From NCBI GenBank assembly GCA_014896315.1, contig JADBKP010000010.1:142087-206086 (forward strand): DNA of 64,000 nucleotides, read 5' to 3'. Positions 8,782 to 18,474 of the stretch are shown here, one piece after another (position 1 is the stretch's first letter; each line of letters opens with the position of its first letter). The position numbers and the translations under genes are program-made. The notes under the pieces were generated by a model, which made no database searches, was not told the DNA's origin, and saw only the letters and a program-made list of their open reading frames with translations. The DNA comes from Limnochordales bacterium (GTDB taxonomy: Bacteria > Bacillota > Limnochordia > Limnochordales > DUMU01).

Positions 8782-9810
8782 ATGCCGACCATTCGTGACG
8801 TGGCAGCCCTGGCCGGTGTTTCAATTACAACGGTTTCCAGGGTAATCAATGGGAAGAGTTCTCAGATACCAATCAGCGAAGCAACACGAGATCGGATACT
8901 GGCAGCCATACAGACGCTGGGGTACGAGCCTAACGTCATGGCAAAGGGACTGGCTGGACGGCGGTCCCACGCGATCGGGCTGGTGATGTACGATCTAGTA
9001 CACATCACGCATCCGAACTTCTCCCAAATTGCCCACGGTATCGCTACAGCCCTAAGTGATTGCAGCTATGACTTGATGCTACTCCCGATCAAGGGGAAGC
9101 TCCCCCAGAAGAGTTCCAAACCGGTATCCATGGCCTCCTACTACAAACAGCGCCGGGTGGATGGGTTAATCGTAGCGGCTCAAGAAGCCTCGGTAGAAAG
9201 CATTCTGGAACTACATGCGATCGGCTGCCCGTTCGTGCTACTTGGCACGTATCTCCCCGGCAAAGACGTTCCGTGCGTTCGAGTAGATGCGCAGGGAGGA
9301 ATCGCACAGGCAGTGACGCATCTTGTCGGCCTGGGGCACCGACGGATTGGGTTCATTAACGGCCCCGTGGGGTTCCGCATCAACGACGATATGGCAGTAG
9401 GATACCGCCAAGTACTAGAGCCGCTGGGATTGTATGATCCTGCACTCCTGGTGTCGTCGGACTTCACCCCTAAAGCAACCCGGGAGCGCGCTCACCAGTT
9501 GCTCGCTATGCCGGACCGGCCAACGGCGATTCTCGCTGCCGATGATCTTATGGCTGCCGAGGTAGTGCAGGTAGCCCGGGAGGTGGGGCTTTCCGTGCCG
9601 GATAACCTTTCGGTTGTCGGCTATGCGGATTTACCTGTAGCAAGGACCCTAAGCCCCACGCTCACCACGGTCAGAATTCCCATCTCCGAGTCTGGGCGAC
9701 TTGCGGCGGAAATGCTTCTGCAGCTGCTGGATGGGGCGAAACCCGAGGTAGCCTGTATAACCCTTCCGGCTGAACTGGTCGTTCGGCAGTCCACGTCTGC
9801 TCCCCCTTAG
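8782..9810 (+). CDS. LacI-family transcriptional regulator
   Basis: The ORF track starts at GTG 8725. I prefer ATG 8782, which gives the canonical N-terminus MPTIRDVAALAGVSITTVSRVING (HTH_LacI), followed by a periplasmic-binding-protein-like sugar-binding core. Confidence 0.9.
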   Translation: MPTIRDVAALAGVSITTVSRVINGKSSQIPISEATRDRILAAIQTLGYEPNVMAKGLAGRRSHAIGLVMYDLVHITHPNFSQIAHGIATALSDCSYDLMLLPIKGKLPQKSSKPVSMASYYKQRRVDGLIVAAQEASVESILELHAIGCPFVLLGTYLPGKDVPCVRVDAQGGIAQAVTHLVGLGHRRIGFINGPVGFRINDDMAVGYRQVLEPLGLYDPALLVSSDFTPKATRERAHQLLAMPDRPTAILAADDLMAAEVVQVAREVGLSVPDNLSVVGYADLPVARTLSPTLTTVRIPISESGRLAAEMLLQLLDGAKPEVACITLPAELVVRQSTSAPP

Positions 9811-9887
9811 TGGGCAGTCACTTGTATTCGCAGAAGCTATGGACAATCCGTGGCTTTAAGATGAGCCAGAATAGGGAGGTAGCGAAC

Positions 9888-11753
9888 ATGGCTAATTGGA
9901 AGCTTCTAGACTTCGTGCAATCCCTTCCGGCTGAACTGCTACTTATTTCAATGGTCACAGGAGCAGTAACCTTCGTGCTCATCCTGAGTACCCAGCCTGC
10001 TTTAGCCGATTCTTTTAACGTCTTTAAGGCGAACAGTGCCCAGTGGATGAGGAAAGAGGTAGCAGACTGGGCAAGATCGCTTCCGGATAATGGCCAAGCT
10101 GGTTTCGTCGCTTGGACACCTCCGACTTGGGGACCGATCTTACAGAACTATGAACCCTATCCAGGTGCACTTCCATCGGATGCGCAACCCCTGCCTGACC
10201 CTGCCGACATCGGTCGACCGGTTGAGCTGCGAGCTGTAGTCAACGAAAGGCAGTACGTTTTGATAGCGTTGACCAGCGTCCAGGAGACGCCGTTGGAACT
10301 GGAGATAACAACCGAACCGGTTCTGACTGGCCCGTCCGGATCCAGCGAAAGAGACCGGGTTGACGTGCGAGTCGTCGGAACGATCCGCTCACGGGAGTAT
10401 GGGGAGGTGATCGGCCCCCTTTTCTCTGCGAAGGACATCGCGGGAATCAAATCAGCGATGTCTCCGCCGGAAGGGAGACAGATTGACTGGTACTTGGTGA
10501 AAGCGCCTTCCTTTATCGGCAATTGGAATGACATTTCCCGATTTCCGACTTTGTCCCTCCCACCGTATGGAACGGTATTTCTGTGGATCAGTCTAGATAC
10601 GACAGGGCTGTTGCCGGGAGACTACGAGACGTCCATACAAGTGACCTCCCTTGGTAGGACGATCAGTCGGAACGTAACCATCAGGCTAAGAGTCCTTCCA
10701 ATCGTCCTTCCCGACCGGCCAGACCTAGAGGTAATCGTGTGGGATGTATTGCCCAAAGAACCATCGCTGAGATCGACATATCTGCAGGACTTAAGGACAC
10801 ATGGTGTCAGTATCTTCTTCAGTGGACCGCCGCTTTCTTTGCAAGCTGGAGAACGGTTAGTTGTTTCGTCTGGTCGGTTTTGGAGCGCGGTGGCAGGGAG
10901 ATGGATCTCTCCGGAGGAGGCTGTCGAATGGAGGAATAGGGATCAAAAAGGATTCGAAGAAGCCGTTCGGGTGGGTGTCCGTACGGTAGTGCGGGAGGTG
11001 CAAGAAAGCAGTCTGGTCTTCGATCAGTGGTGGCTGGAGCTCTGGGACGAGCCCAGTGACAGCACTGCTGGCATCTGGGCGGAAGTTGCACGGGTCGTTA
11101 AGGCGGAAGAACCCCGTATCCTGCTGATAGCTAATCCACCAGCCCATTGGGAACAGGCCTCGGTAACGTTGGACGGAACTTTCCGCCGATTGGCTCCCTA
11201 CGTAGACGTGTGGTGGCCGTTTCACACCCACCTGACGGCCGAGGACGGTTCCCATCTGGCGTTCATGAGAGGAACGGGCAAGCCGATCGGCTACTATGCT
11301 ACCCCGGGGATTTTCGTCTCGAAGGCTGAAACAGCTGCCTACGGCTTTTACCGCAAAGCGGCCTGGCAGGCCTTTCTGCATGATCTTCAGGGCATGGGCT
11401 TCTGGGCTTACAACTCTTACTACGGCAATCCTTGGGACGACATGGACAGCGGCGTGGTAGATTGGCCAGATGCCGCCGTCGTCTATCCGGGCCTCTGGGG
11501 GCCGATACCCTCGCGCAACTGGGAGGCTTTCCGCGATGGTCTAGACGACTACCGATTGCTACGATTTCTGTCCCTTGAGGCAGCCCGAGCTCAAGAGGCG
11601 TCGGATCCTTACAGCAGAGAAAGGGGGGTGGAACTTTCCCAGGCGCTCCGGGTACTTGCAGCTGACATGGATAAAGCGCAAACCGTTTCGGAGGTAGAGG
11701 CTGTTCGGGACCGTCTCTATGACCTAGCTGCAGACTGGATAAGCCGAGTATGA
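9888..11753 (+). CDS. Membrane-anchored or secreted DUF4091-type (GH123-like) putative glycoside hydrolase
   Basis: The ORF track starts at 9810. ATG 9888 lies 8 nt after GGGAGG. N-terminal hydrophobic segment LLLISMVTGAVTFVLILSTQPALA. The C-terminal motif WGPIPSRNWEAFRDGLDDYRLLRFL resembles the DUF4091 signature (SiR.E..reGieDyeYl). Confidence 0.7.
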   Translation: MANWKLLDFVQSLPAELLLISMVTGAVTFVLILSTQPALADSFNVFKANSAQWMRKEVADWARSLPDNGQAGFVAWTPPTWGPILQNYEPYPGALPSDAQPLPDPADIGRPVELRAVVNERQYVLIALTSVQETPLELEITTEPVLTGPSGSSERDRVDVRVVGTIRSREYGEVIGPLFSAKDIAGIKSAMSPPEGRQIDWYLVKAPSFIGNWNDISRFPTLSLPPYGTVFLWISLDTTGLLPGDYETSIQVTSLGRTISRNVTIRLRVLPIVLPDRPDLEVIVWDVLPKEPSLRSTYLQDLRTHGVSIFFSGPPLSLQAGERLVVSSGRFWSAVAGRWISPEEAVEWRNRDQKGFEEAVRVGVRTVVREVQESSLVFDQWWLELWDEPSDSTAGIWAEVARVVKAEEPRILLIANPPAHWEQASVTLDGTFRRLAPYVDVWWPFHTHLTAEDGSHLAFMRGTGKPIGYYATPGIFVSKAETAAYGFYRKAAWQAFLHDLQGMGFWAYNSYYGNPWDDMDSGVVDWPDAAVVYPGLWGPIPSRNWEAFRDGLDDYRLLRFLSLEAARAQEASDPYSRERGVELSQALRVLAADMDKAQTVSEVEAVRDRLYDLAADWISRV

Positions 11754-11795
11754 CGAAATTCGTGAAGTTTGGCAAAAGAAAGGAGAGAGCAAGAT

Positions 11796-13043
11796 ATGAC
11801 GAGGAATATGCAGTTTGTGACATGGCTTTTCGTCGTGATTGCGTTCACTCTACTCCCGGCTGTTGTCGAATCAGCCACCAGCAAGACTGAACTGACGATC
11901 GGTTATTACGCGATGCCTGGTACGCATGATACAATGGAAAGCCTCGTAAACCGCTTTCGGGAGCTGCACCCCGAGCTCAGAGTGCAGACTGTATGGGCTG
12001 ACTACGGCATGTTCTACCAAAAGCTACTGCCGCAGATTGCAGCAGGGAAAGGCCCCGACGTATGGTTGAGCGATGGAGTTAGGGTAGCTGAGGCAGCCGA
12101 AGGGGGATTTGCCCTCGACATCACCGACTGGGTGAATCGTGATCTAGACCCCAGAGAGGTTTTGGCCTTGCAGGCGAATCGCGACCCTTCTGGTCGAATT
12201 TGGGGCGTACCGCAGGGGCTGCAGATTACGATGCTGTTCTACAACATAGATTTGTTTAACTCGGCGGGTGTCGTGTACCCAGACAGCAGTTGGACTTTGG
12301 ATACGTTCCGGCGGGCAGCCATCAAATTGACACGCGATACGAACGGAGACGGTAATATTGACGTGTACGGTACCCAAATGCCCATCTATATCACAGAAAC
12401 CTGGTTCCCCATCATCAAGCTGTTCGGAGGTGAAGTGCTCGATCCGACGCTTCGGCACGCTCGACTCACCAATCCGAATACGGTAAAGGCGCTGCGTTGG
12501 ATGTACGACTTGATCTTTAAGGACCGCGCCGCTACCCGTGAGTACATGTACCTTGCGTCATGGAAAGTAGCCATGGAATTTGCCATTTACAACAAGCTGC
12601 TGAACATTAAGCGCGCCAAGCTGAATTACGGAATCGAGATGCTGCCGCAAGGACCGGCAGGTCGCTGGACATCACTTGTAGCTAACTCCTGGGTAATCAA
12701 TAAGGCTGCCCCTAGAGAGCGCCAGCAGGCCGCCTGGGAGTGGATTAAGTTCTTCTCCGGGCCCGAAGCCCAGCTCACCTGGGGAAGGCTGGGGGAAGCA
12801 TTTCCAGCCAACCGATTGGCGGTCGAAAAGATGGTTGCTGAGGACCCAAGGCTCAGGGCGGTATTGATGAGCATCCCCTTCGCCGGTACCATGGACCAGA
12901 ACGCAGTATGGACTGAATGGTATGTAGCGGTTGAGAAACGCTTGCAGGAAGTTTGGGCACAGAAGGCCGAGTTGGAACCAACTATTCTTCTTATCAATCA
13001 AGAAGTGCAGGCGATCCTTGATAGGGCATATCGCAGGAACTAG
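11796..13043 (+). CDS. ABC transporter extracellular solute-binding protein (CUT1 family)
   Basis: The ORF track starts at TTG 11769. I prefer ATG 11796, which follows AAAGGAG. Signal peptide MTRNMQFVTWLFVVIAFTLLPAVVESA, then a typical SBP body. Confidence 0.88.
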   Translation: MTRNMQFVTWLFVVIAFTLLPAVVESATSKTELTIGYYAMPGTHDTMESLVNRFRELHPELRVQTVWADYGMFYQKLLPQIAAGKGPDVWLSDGVRVAEAAEGGFALDITDWVNRDLDPREVLALQANRDPSGRIWGVPQGLQITMLFYNIDLFNSAGVVYPDSSWTLDTFRRAAIKLTRDTNGDGNIDVYGTQMPIYITETWFPIIKLFGGEVLDPTLRHARLTNPNTVKALRWMYDLIFKDRAATREYMYLASWKVAMEFAIYNKLLNIKRAKLNYGIEMLPQGPAGRWTSLVANSWVINKAAPRERQQAAWEWIKFFSGPEAQLTWGRLGEAFPANRLAVEKMVAEDPRLRAVLMSIPFAGTMDQNAVWTEWYVAVEKRLQEVWAQKAELEPTILLINQEVQAILDRAYRRN

Positions 13044-13079
13044 GCCAGGGTCAGAGCGTCAGGTTGCCACCGCCGCGGG

Positions 13080-13113
13080 TACCGGCCCTCCGACAGATTC
13101 CGGGAGGCCGGTA
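13080..13113 (+). terminator. Stem-loop downstream of the SBP gene (imperfect)
   Basis: taccggccctcc (13080-13091) pairs with gggaggccggta (13102-13113), giving 8 + 3 bp with one bulge. There is no U-tract. Confidence 0.3.
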
Positions 13114-13262
13114 TGCCCGGCGGCAGATAAATCTGAACGAAGATCAGGGGACCGACACAGAAGGTGGTCGACACTTGATGGGCAGCCTTGCAGGCCAGGG
13201 GGACGAACGAAGTGGGCACAGTTTGACGCTTACACCCCCAATGAAAAGGTCGGTGAGGGATA

Positions 13263-13865
13263 ATGGCGTATACACGGGGATACCATCGCTCGGTAAGAGC
13301 CGTTAGGTTGCTGTTGTTCATCGGAGTAGTAACACTGTCTGTAGCGACAGGCCGTTGCGCTTACGCCAAATCTGAGCCGTACATCCTACTGCAGGCAGAA
13401 ACCTTTGACGGCTTAGGGACTGATCCAACCAAAGAGTGGGCGGTATCAAATCATCCCGGAGACAAAGGTTTATATGGCAATTTCAAAGTAGCAGTCGTTG
13501 CAGAGTGGACTGTCAACGGTATCGCGATCTCTAAGGAGTTCGACGTGCCCCAGAAGGGTACTTACGCAGTATGGGTCCGACACTTCAACTTGAAAAGCGA
13601 TAAAGCTGACTACAATCTCAACTTCCTTGTCTGTATCATGCAGGAAGGCGAGATTGTTTTTGAACATCGCTTTGCTATGGAGTCAAAAGGTGGATGGGAC
13701 GTATGGCTTTGGGACCAGGCTGACCGGACGGTTTCGCTGAGGGAGGGTAAGGCCAAGGTCGTGATTATCGCCACTGATGGGGCGCAACATCACCGCGGTG
13801 TGGACGCGGTCTTACTTACGCAGGACCTTTCTCTGGATCCCAACCAGATGGAGATTCCACTTTAA
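13263..13865 (+). CDS. Small secreted stand-alone CBM6/CBM35-like beta-sandwich protein (paralog 1)
   Basis: 200 aa with signal peptide ..VVTLSVATGRCAYA. The pattern LLQAETFDG..W..., G.YAVWVRH, W.W....V.L.EGK..V.I and GVDAVLLT matches the CBM6/35 layout (EAE.f / aGtY.l..R / W.w...v.L.aG.n.i / iD.i.l). Confidence 0.7.
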   Translation: MAYTRGYHRSVRAVRLLLFIGVVTLSVATGRCAYAKSEPYILLQAETFDGLGTDPTKEWAVSNHPGDKGLYGNFKVAVVAEWTVNGIAISKEFDVPQKGTYAVWVRHFNLKSDKADYNLNFLVCIMQEGEIVFEHRFAMESKGGWDVWLWDQADRTVSLREGKAKVVIIATDGAQHHRGVDAVLLTQDLSLDPNQMEIPL

Positions 13866-14061
13866 ATGATCTGCGTTGACATCAAGCGTTGCGTCGACGG
13901 CACCACACTTGGGGTTGCTACGGACCTTGAACGTATCGATTTAGAGGTAGACCAACGATGAGTGCAAGAGGCAGCTGCTGCAAGGTCATAAGCTCCATCC
14001 TCAAAGAGTGAGCGCGATCGCTCACCGCAAGGGTTTGGCGAGAAATAACGACTTTCAAAGG

Positions 14062-14670
14062 ATGGTGAACCGTTCTATGTTGCTTGCATGCCACCGCAGT
14101 CGTATGCTTACAATAGTCGCGCTGGTCGTCACGGCGGCTGGGTTGTCAATAGTGCGGATTCCCGCTCAAGCCGAGAGCGACCGGTATATCCTCCTGCAAG
14201 CGGAGAGCTTTGATGGCGTCGGCACCGATCCTACGAAAGGGTGGGCGATTTCCCAACAACCAGGAGACAAAGGCCTCTATGGGAATTTCAAGGTGGCAGT
14301 CGTTGCAGCGTGGATGGTAAAGAACGCCGTTATCTCTACGATCGTCGATGTGCCCCATGGCGGCGATTATGCGGTGTGGGTCCGACATTTCAACTTGAAG
14401 AGCGACAAGGAGAACTACAACCTCAATTTCCTTCTCGCCATAATCCAGGACGGGGAGGTTCTTGTCGAACACCGTTTCGCTGTCGAGTCGAAAGGTGGCT
14501 GGGACGTCTGGCTTTGGGACAGGGCTGACCAGACCGTTCCTTTGAAGGAAGGCAAGGTCACAGTCGTGATTATCGCTTCTGATGGAGCGCAAGGTAACCG
14601 GGGCGTGGATGCGGTCTTGCTCACTCCAGACCTTTCCCTTGACCCGAACAAGGAAGATATACCCCTTTGA
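14062..14670 (+). CDS. Small secreted stand-alone CBM6/CBM35-like beta-sandwich protein (paralog 2)
   Basis: The ORF track starts at GTG 14008; ATG 14062 or 14077 is more likely. Signal peptide ..TIVALVVTAAGLSIVRIPAQA. By eye it is about three-quarters identical to 13263..13865 over about 160 aa. Confidence 0.7.
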   Translation: MVNRSMLLACHRSRMLTIVALVVTAAGLSIVRIPAQAESDRYILLQAESFDGVGTDPTKGWAISQQPGDKGLYGNFKVAVVAAWMVKNAVISTIVDVPHGGDYAVWVRHFNLKSDKENYNLNFLLAIIQDGEVLVEHRFAVESKGGWDVWLWDRADQTVPLKEGKVTVVIIASDGAQGNRGVDAVLLTPDLSLDPNKEDIPL

Positions 14671-15332
14671 GGAGCGGGGGGCACCGGCACTACCGTGCGC
14701 ACGGAACTTGTAGACCCAGCGGTTTGGAGGTTTTGCCACTCGCGTTCTTTGCCGGAGGTTTATCGAATTGCAGCATAGGCGGGGTGGCGGCGGAGGCTGC
14801 CGCCCCCACGCGGGAGAGAGGTCAAGCTGCGAATTCGTTGTGGTCATCGACGAGCTGATGACGTTGCTGATACGCGGCTAAGAATTAGGCGGTACGCACT
14901 TTGTTGATCTTGCTGGGAACGGCTAGCGGAAGAGTTTCGGAGTTAGTGCCACAGATAGTACCATACATGGCTCATGGTAGAAATGGCGGATGTTGGCAGG
15001 TTATGTAGCTGGGACTTTGCGCTCGGGTCCAACAGCGAAGTGGCCGTTTTGACCCGATTTTCGAGCCGACTCCGATTGCCGACACTTTCTGCTCACCTTG
15101 CTAATGCCCATGGATAATAGTGTTGGCAGGAACCTGCCAGTCGGCGTGGCCGAGTAACATGGCCGCCAGCGGTACTGCTACTGCATCATTTCCAAGAGCG
15201 GTCGATGACACGCCCATGGCGGTGTCCAGCAGTATCTCGGCAAAGCGGAGCATGTAGCCAAAGCAGTGGAGCAGGACATCAACACCGTTTTAGACCAAGC
15301 CTAGGAGTAAGCAGATCTTCCTACGACGAGGG

Positions 15333-17624
15333 ATGGTCATGGACGTACTGGAATACCTTGTCCGGGACGACAAGTGGTTCCTGGGCGGCGGCAACCGCGT
15401 GATCTGGGCACCGGAATTTCCCGTCTTTCTTGACCGACCGGGGTTCTGGGATCACGCCTGTTATCTCAACTACAGGGTGGAGCCGCTGTTTGCGATCACG
15501 CTGTTGGAGGACGGTGGTCGGGTGTTGCACCCGAGGTTTGTCGGGCGCACCTGGCGCCCCAGTCACCTCACTCAACAGTACGACGTGGATGGAACGCTGA
15601 AATTCACGGAAGAAAGGACGCTGCTTCCAGGCGATCTCCTGGCAGCACGCTGTACATTGCGAAACACCGCCGAGAAAGCAAGACGGGTCCACGTTGTCCT
15701 TTGGAGTTGTCAGCCACTGGAATCTAAGGCGGGAACGGTCAGTTGGCTTGACGGAGTAGACCTAGAGGACGAAGCCGCCGTCTTTGTCCGCCACTGGGCT
15801 GAGCAGGTCGGCATAGAGGTGATGCGGTGCGCCTTGGCTCTCGCGATGAGCCGTTCTCTCTCATCTTATAGTTTCAACGTGAGTGAGGAGGGTCCGCTCC
15901 AACCAGACTGGCGGTACACGCCGTTTTACGAGAAGTTCCACCGGAACAGGTTGCCGTGCGAGCGGAAAGTGCGGGGCGGCACGTCGGCAGGTGGGCACTT
16001 GTTCATAGGGTTGCATTGCGAGCTGACGATTCCGGGCAGGGGAGAGGAGTGCTTTACTGCTGGAATTGCTTTGGCAGACTCTCGCGCAGAAGCGGTGGCT
16101 GCTATCAGGCGCATGCGGTCTGTGGACGTCATAGAGGAGAGCCGGAAGAATTGGCGAGCGTTCTTCGAAAGCGTGCCGCATTTTGAATGCTCCGATCCTT
16201 TCATACAAAAGTACTACTGGTACCGCTGGTTTGGGATCAAGTTGAACAGCATCACCGCCCGGGACGAAGGGATTCACCTCCCGTATCCATGTGTGTTTGA
16301 GGGAGTCAATGCGGGATGGTTTCGTCAACACATCTCGTACAGTGCTCATGTGCACATGTTAGAGACCCGATGGATGCACGATCCGGAGTTGGCCCAGGGA
16401 AGCATTCGGAACTTTCTCCACAACCAAAGAGCAGACGGATCTTTTCCAGGCGTTATCGTAGCGCGCAAGGGGAGTGTCGAGCACCCGCTCTTCTACCACG
16501 CCAACTGGGGATTGAGCGTCATGGAACTGCTCAAGCTGCACCCAGACCGTCAGTTCTTGGCGGAGGTGTATGACGGGCTCACCCGCTACGCCGAGTATTT
16601 CGACCGGGAACGAGACAAGGAAGGGTGGCACCTGTACGACGTGAGGCATCAGGGGGAAACCGGCCAGGAATACATGAGCCGCTACCTATTCGTGGACGAA
16701 AAAGCGGACGAGTGGGGTTCATTTCAGTTGAAGGGTGTCGATGCTACCGTCTACTTGTACCAGCTCCAGCGGGCGCTTGCCTGGATGGCGCACCAGCTCG
16801 GCAGGCCAGCCGACGAAAAGCGGTGGCAGGAAGCGGCCGAGGCTACCAGAACCGCCGTCCGATCAAGGATGTGGCACGATGGAATCCAGTTTTTTGTGGA
16901 CGTCCACCCCAAGACGGGCCAGCCGTCGCCGGTCAAAGCGGCAGTCGGCTTTTACCCGTTTCTTACCGACATCGCTGGGCCGGAACACCTGCCTGCGATC
17001 ACCCGACACCTGTTCAACCCAGACGAGTTTTGGACGCGTTGGCCCGTTCCGTCCACGAGTGCCGACGACCCTACCTTCAGTGCAGAGGGCGAGTGGAAAG
17101 GCAAGCGCCACGCGTGCCCGTGGAACGGACGGGCTTGGCTCATGACCAACAGCTACGTGATCGAAGCCCTGGCGCAGGCAGCCTATCGTCTCGACCCGTC
17201 TTTGAAGCCCAAGGCTGTCGAGCTCTTGCAGAAGACTATCCGCATGTTGTTCGTGGACGGCGACGTTAATCGCCCCAGCTCCTACGAGTACTACAATCCG
17301 CTGACCGGACAGGCGCCGTTCTTTAGAGGAACGGACGACTACATGCACAGTTTTATCGTGGACCTAATCATCAAGTACGTGGCTGGTTTCCTGCCGCAAT
17401 GTGAAGAGAAGGTAGTAGTTGATCCTCTACCATTCGGCCTGGCGTACTATGTGTTGCGGGACGTTCCTTACAAGGGTCGTCGCGTTGCGGTGACATGGCG
17501 CGGACCCGGTGCGCGGGTACCGGAGCCGCTCAGTGACCTTGCCGAAGGCCTGCGGGTTTATGTGGACGGAGAGCTGGTAGCGCAGTCAGACAGGTTGGAA
17601 CGGTTGGAGGTGCAACTCGCCTGA
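15333..17624 (+). CDS. Cytoplasmic (alpha/alpha)6-barrel glycoside hydrolase, GH63/MGH1-like (trehalase/glucosidase superfamily)
   Basis: 763 aa with no signal peptide. Motifs include QRADGSFPG, GETGQEYMSRY, KGVDATVYLYQLQRALAWMA, FNPDEFWTRWPVPSTSADDP and ACPWNGRAWLMTNSYVIEAL, which are typical of six-hairpin glycosidases of the GH63/GH37/GDE_C type. Confidence 0.75.
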   Translation: MVMDVLEYLVRDDKWFLGGGNRVIWAPEFPVFLDRPGFWDHACYLNYRVEPLFAITLLEDGGRVLHPRFVGRTWRPSHLTQQYDVDGTLKFTEERTLLPGDLLAARCTLRNTAEKARRVHVVLWSCQPLESKAGTVSWLDGVDLEDEAAVFVRHWAEQVGIEVMRCALALAMSRSLSSYSFNVSEEGPLQPDWRYTPFYEKFHRNRLPCERKVRGGTSAGGHLFIGLHCELTIPGRGEECFTAGIALADSRAEAVAAIRRMRSVDVIEESRKNWRAFFESVPHFECSDPFIQKYYWYRWFGIKLNSITARDEGIHLPYPCVFEGVNAGWFRQHISYSAHVHMLETRWMHDPELAQGSIRNFLHNQRADGSFPGVIVARKGSVEHPLFYHANWGLSVMELLKLHPDRQFLAEVYDGLTRYAEYFDRERDKEGWHLYDVRHQGETGQEYMSRYLFVDEKADEWGSFQLKGVDATVYLYQLQRALAWMAHQLGRPADEKRWQEAAEATRTAVRSRMWHDGIQFFVDVHPKTGQPSPVKAAVGFYPFLTDIAGPEHLPAITRHLFNPDEFWTRWPVPSTSADDPTFSAEGEWKGKRHACPWNGRAWLMTNSYVIEALAQAAYRLDPSLKPKAVELLQKTIRMLFVDGDVNRPSSYEYYNPLTGQAPFFRGTDDYMHSFIVDLIIKYVAGFLPQCEEKVVVDPLPFGLAYYVLRDVPYKGRRVAVTWRGPGARVPEPLSDLAEGLRVYVDGELVAQSDRLERLEVQLA

Positions 17625-17728
17625 GTGTACACCGGGACGGAGCCAGGCACGGTGCGATCATCGCTGCATGGTCCATCGGAAAATGCCTGGTCTGCTGCTC
17701 TGAGATGCGGCTCCCTGGTACCAGAAAA

Positions 17729-17757
17729 GTCCGCCGGACCCGCTTCGCAAGGCGGAC
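17729..17757 (+). terminator. Weak terminator-like hairpin downstream of the GH63-like gene
   Basis: gtccgcc (17729-17735) pairs with ggcggac (17751-17757), followed by ggcgttta. The stem is 7 bp and the T-tract is poor. Confidence 0.25.
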
Positions 17758-18474
17758 GGCGTTTAACCGAGATCACCCACGAGGCTATAGACGTAATAAT
17801 CACGTCACCTACTGCAGGGGAGAACCCTCGCCGGCATGAAGTGGTGCTTGCTAGCTAGCCCCCTGGCATGTCTCCGATTGGCCCTCCCCCGAGCCGAAGA
17901 CGTCGATGGAGTTCCGGCACCCGTGACGTAGAACAGGGATGGAGACCGTTGCGGGCAAGCGGGTCTGACACCGCTGCTACACTCCTGCCTGAGGCAGGAG
18001 TGGATTCCGGACCTGATTTGGGCTCGACAAAGTGGCTACGAGGTGGATGAGAGACAAGCAGGAAGGCAGTAACACGGAGACAGGAGGGGGCGCGCCAGGA
18101 GGCACTCGAGTTCAACGGGCCTCAGCACTGTCGTCCCACGGACGTCTACCCGGATCCCCGCCAGGTCGAGGCGACGCAGGCCCGGGACTTGATGAAGAAG
18201 GGCATCAGCCATGAGCAAGGCATCAATCTCATCACCGTTTCTCATGAAAGCTAGTGAACCCTACAGGTTTAAGGCGAGGGCAGAGGGCCGGAGAAAAAAA
18301 GTATCGGTTGGGGTGATCAAGGAGAAGGAATTGGGGTGGGCTTGTAGAAGTGGTAATCCGTGGCTTTCATCCGGGCTGCGCCTCCAGGACCCCGCCGCAG
18401 AGGCCAGCCCCTTCTTGTTTCTCTGCTTTCGTTGTCAGCTGTCTGCCGGGTGCTCTCCGCCTTCTCTGGTCTAG

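Noticed and set aside
8025-8849. Reverse ORFs 8025..8408 and 8532..8849 in the GH4-LacI intergenic region
   Set aside because: Their composition is junk-like. The second overlaps the LacI start region and the operator-like site, so the region is more likely non-coding regulatory DNA.
9810-9887. N-terminal extensions implied by the ORF-track starts (for example 9810, 19298, 26399, 27981, 55736, 22698, 8725)
   Set aside because: The extensions lack signal or anchor features or overlap upstream genes. Downstream start codons have well-spaced GGAGG-type ribosome-binding sites and give canonical family N-termini.
17860-18300. RNase P RNA, tmRNA, SRP RNA or tRNA in the ORF-free gap
   Set aside because: I could not find the hallmark motifs on either strand: no GGAAAGUCCGG-type P4 region, no tRNA-like acceptor/T-arm with a tag ORF, and no cloverleaf. 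This needs an Infernal scan to be definitive.
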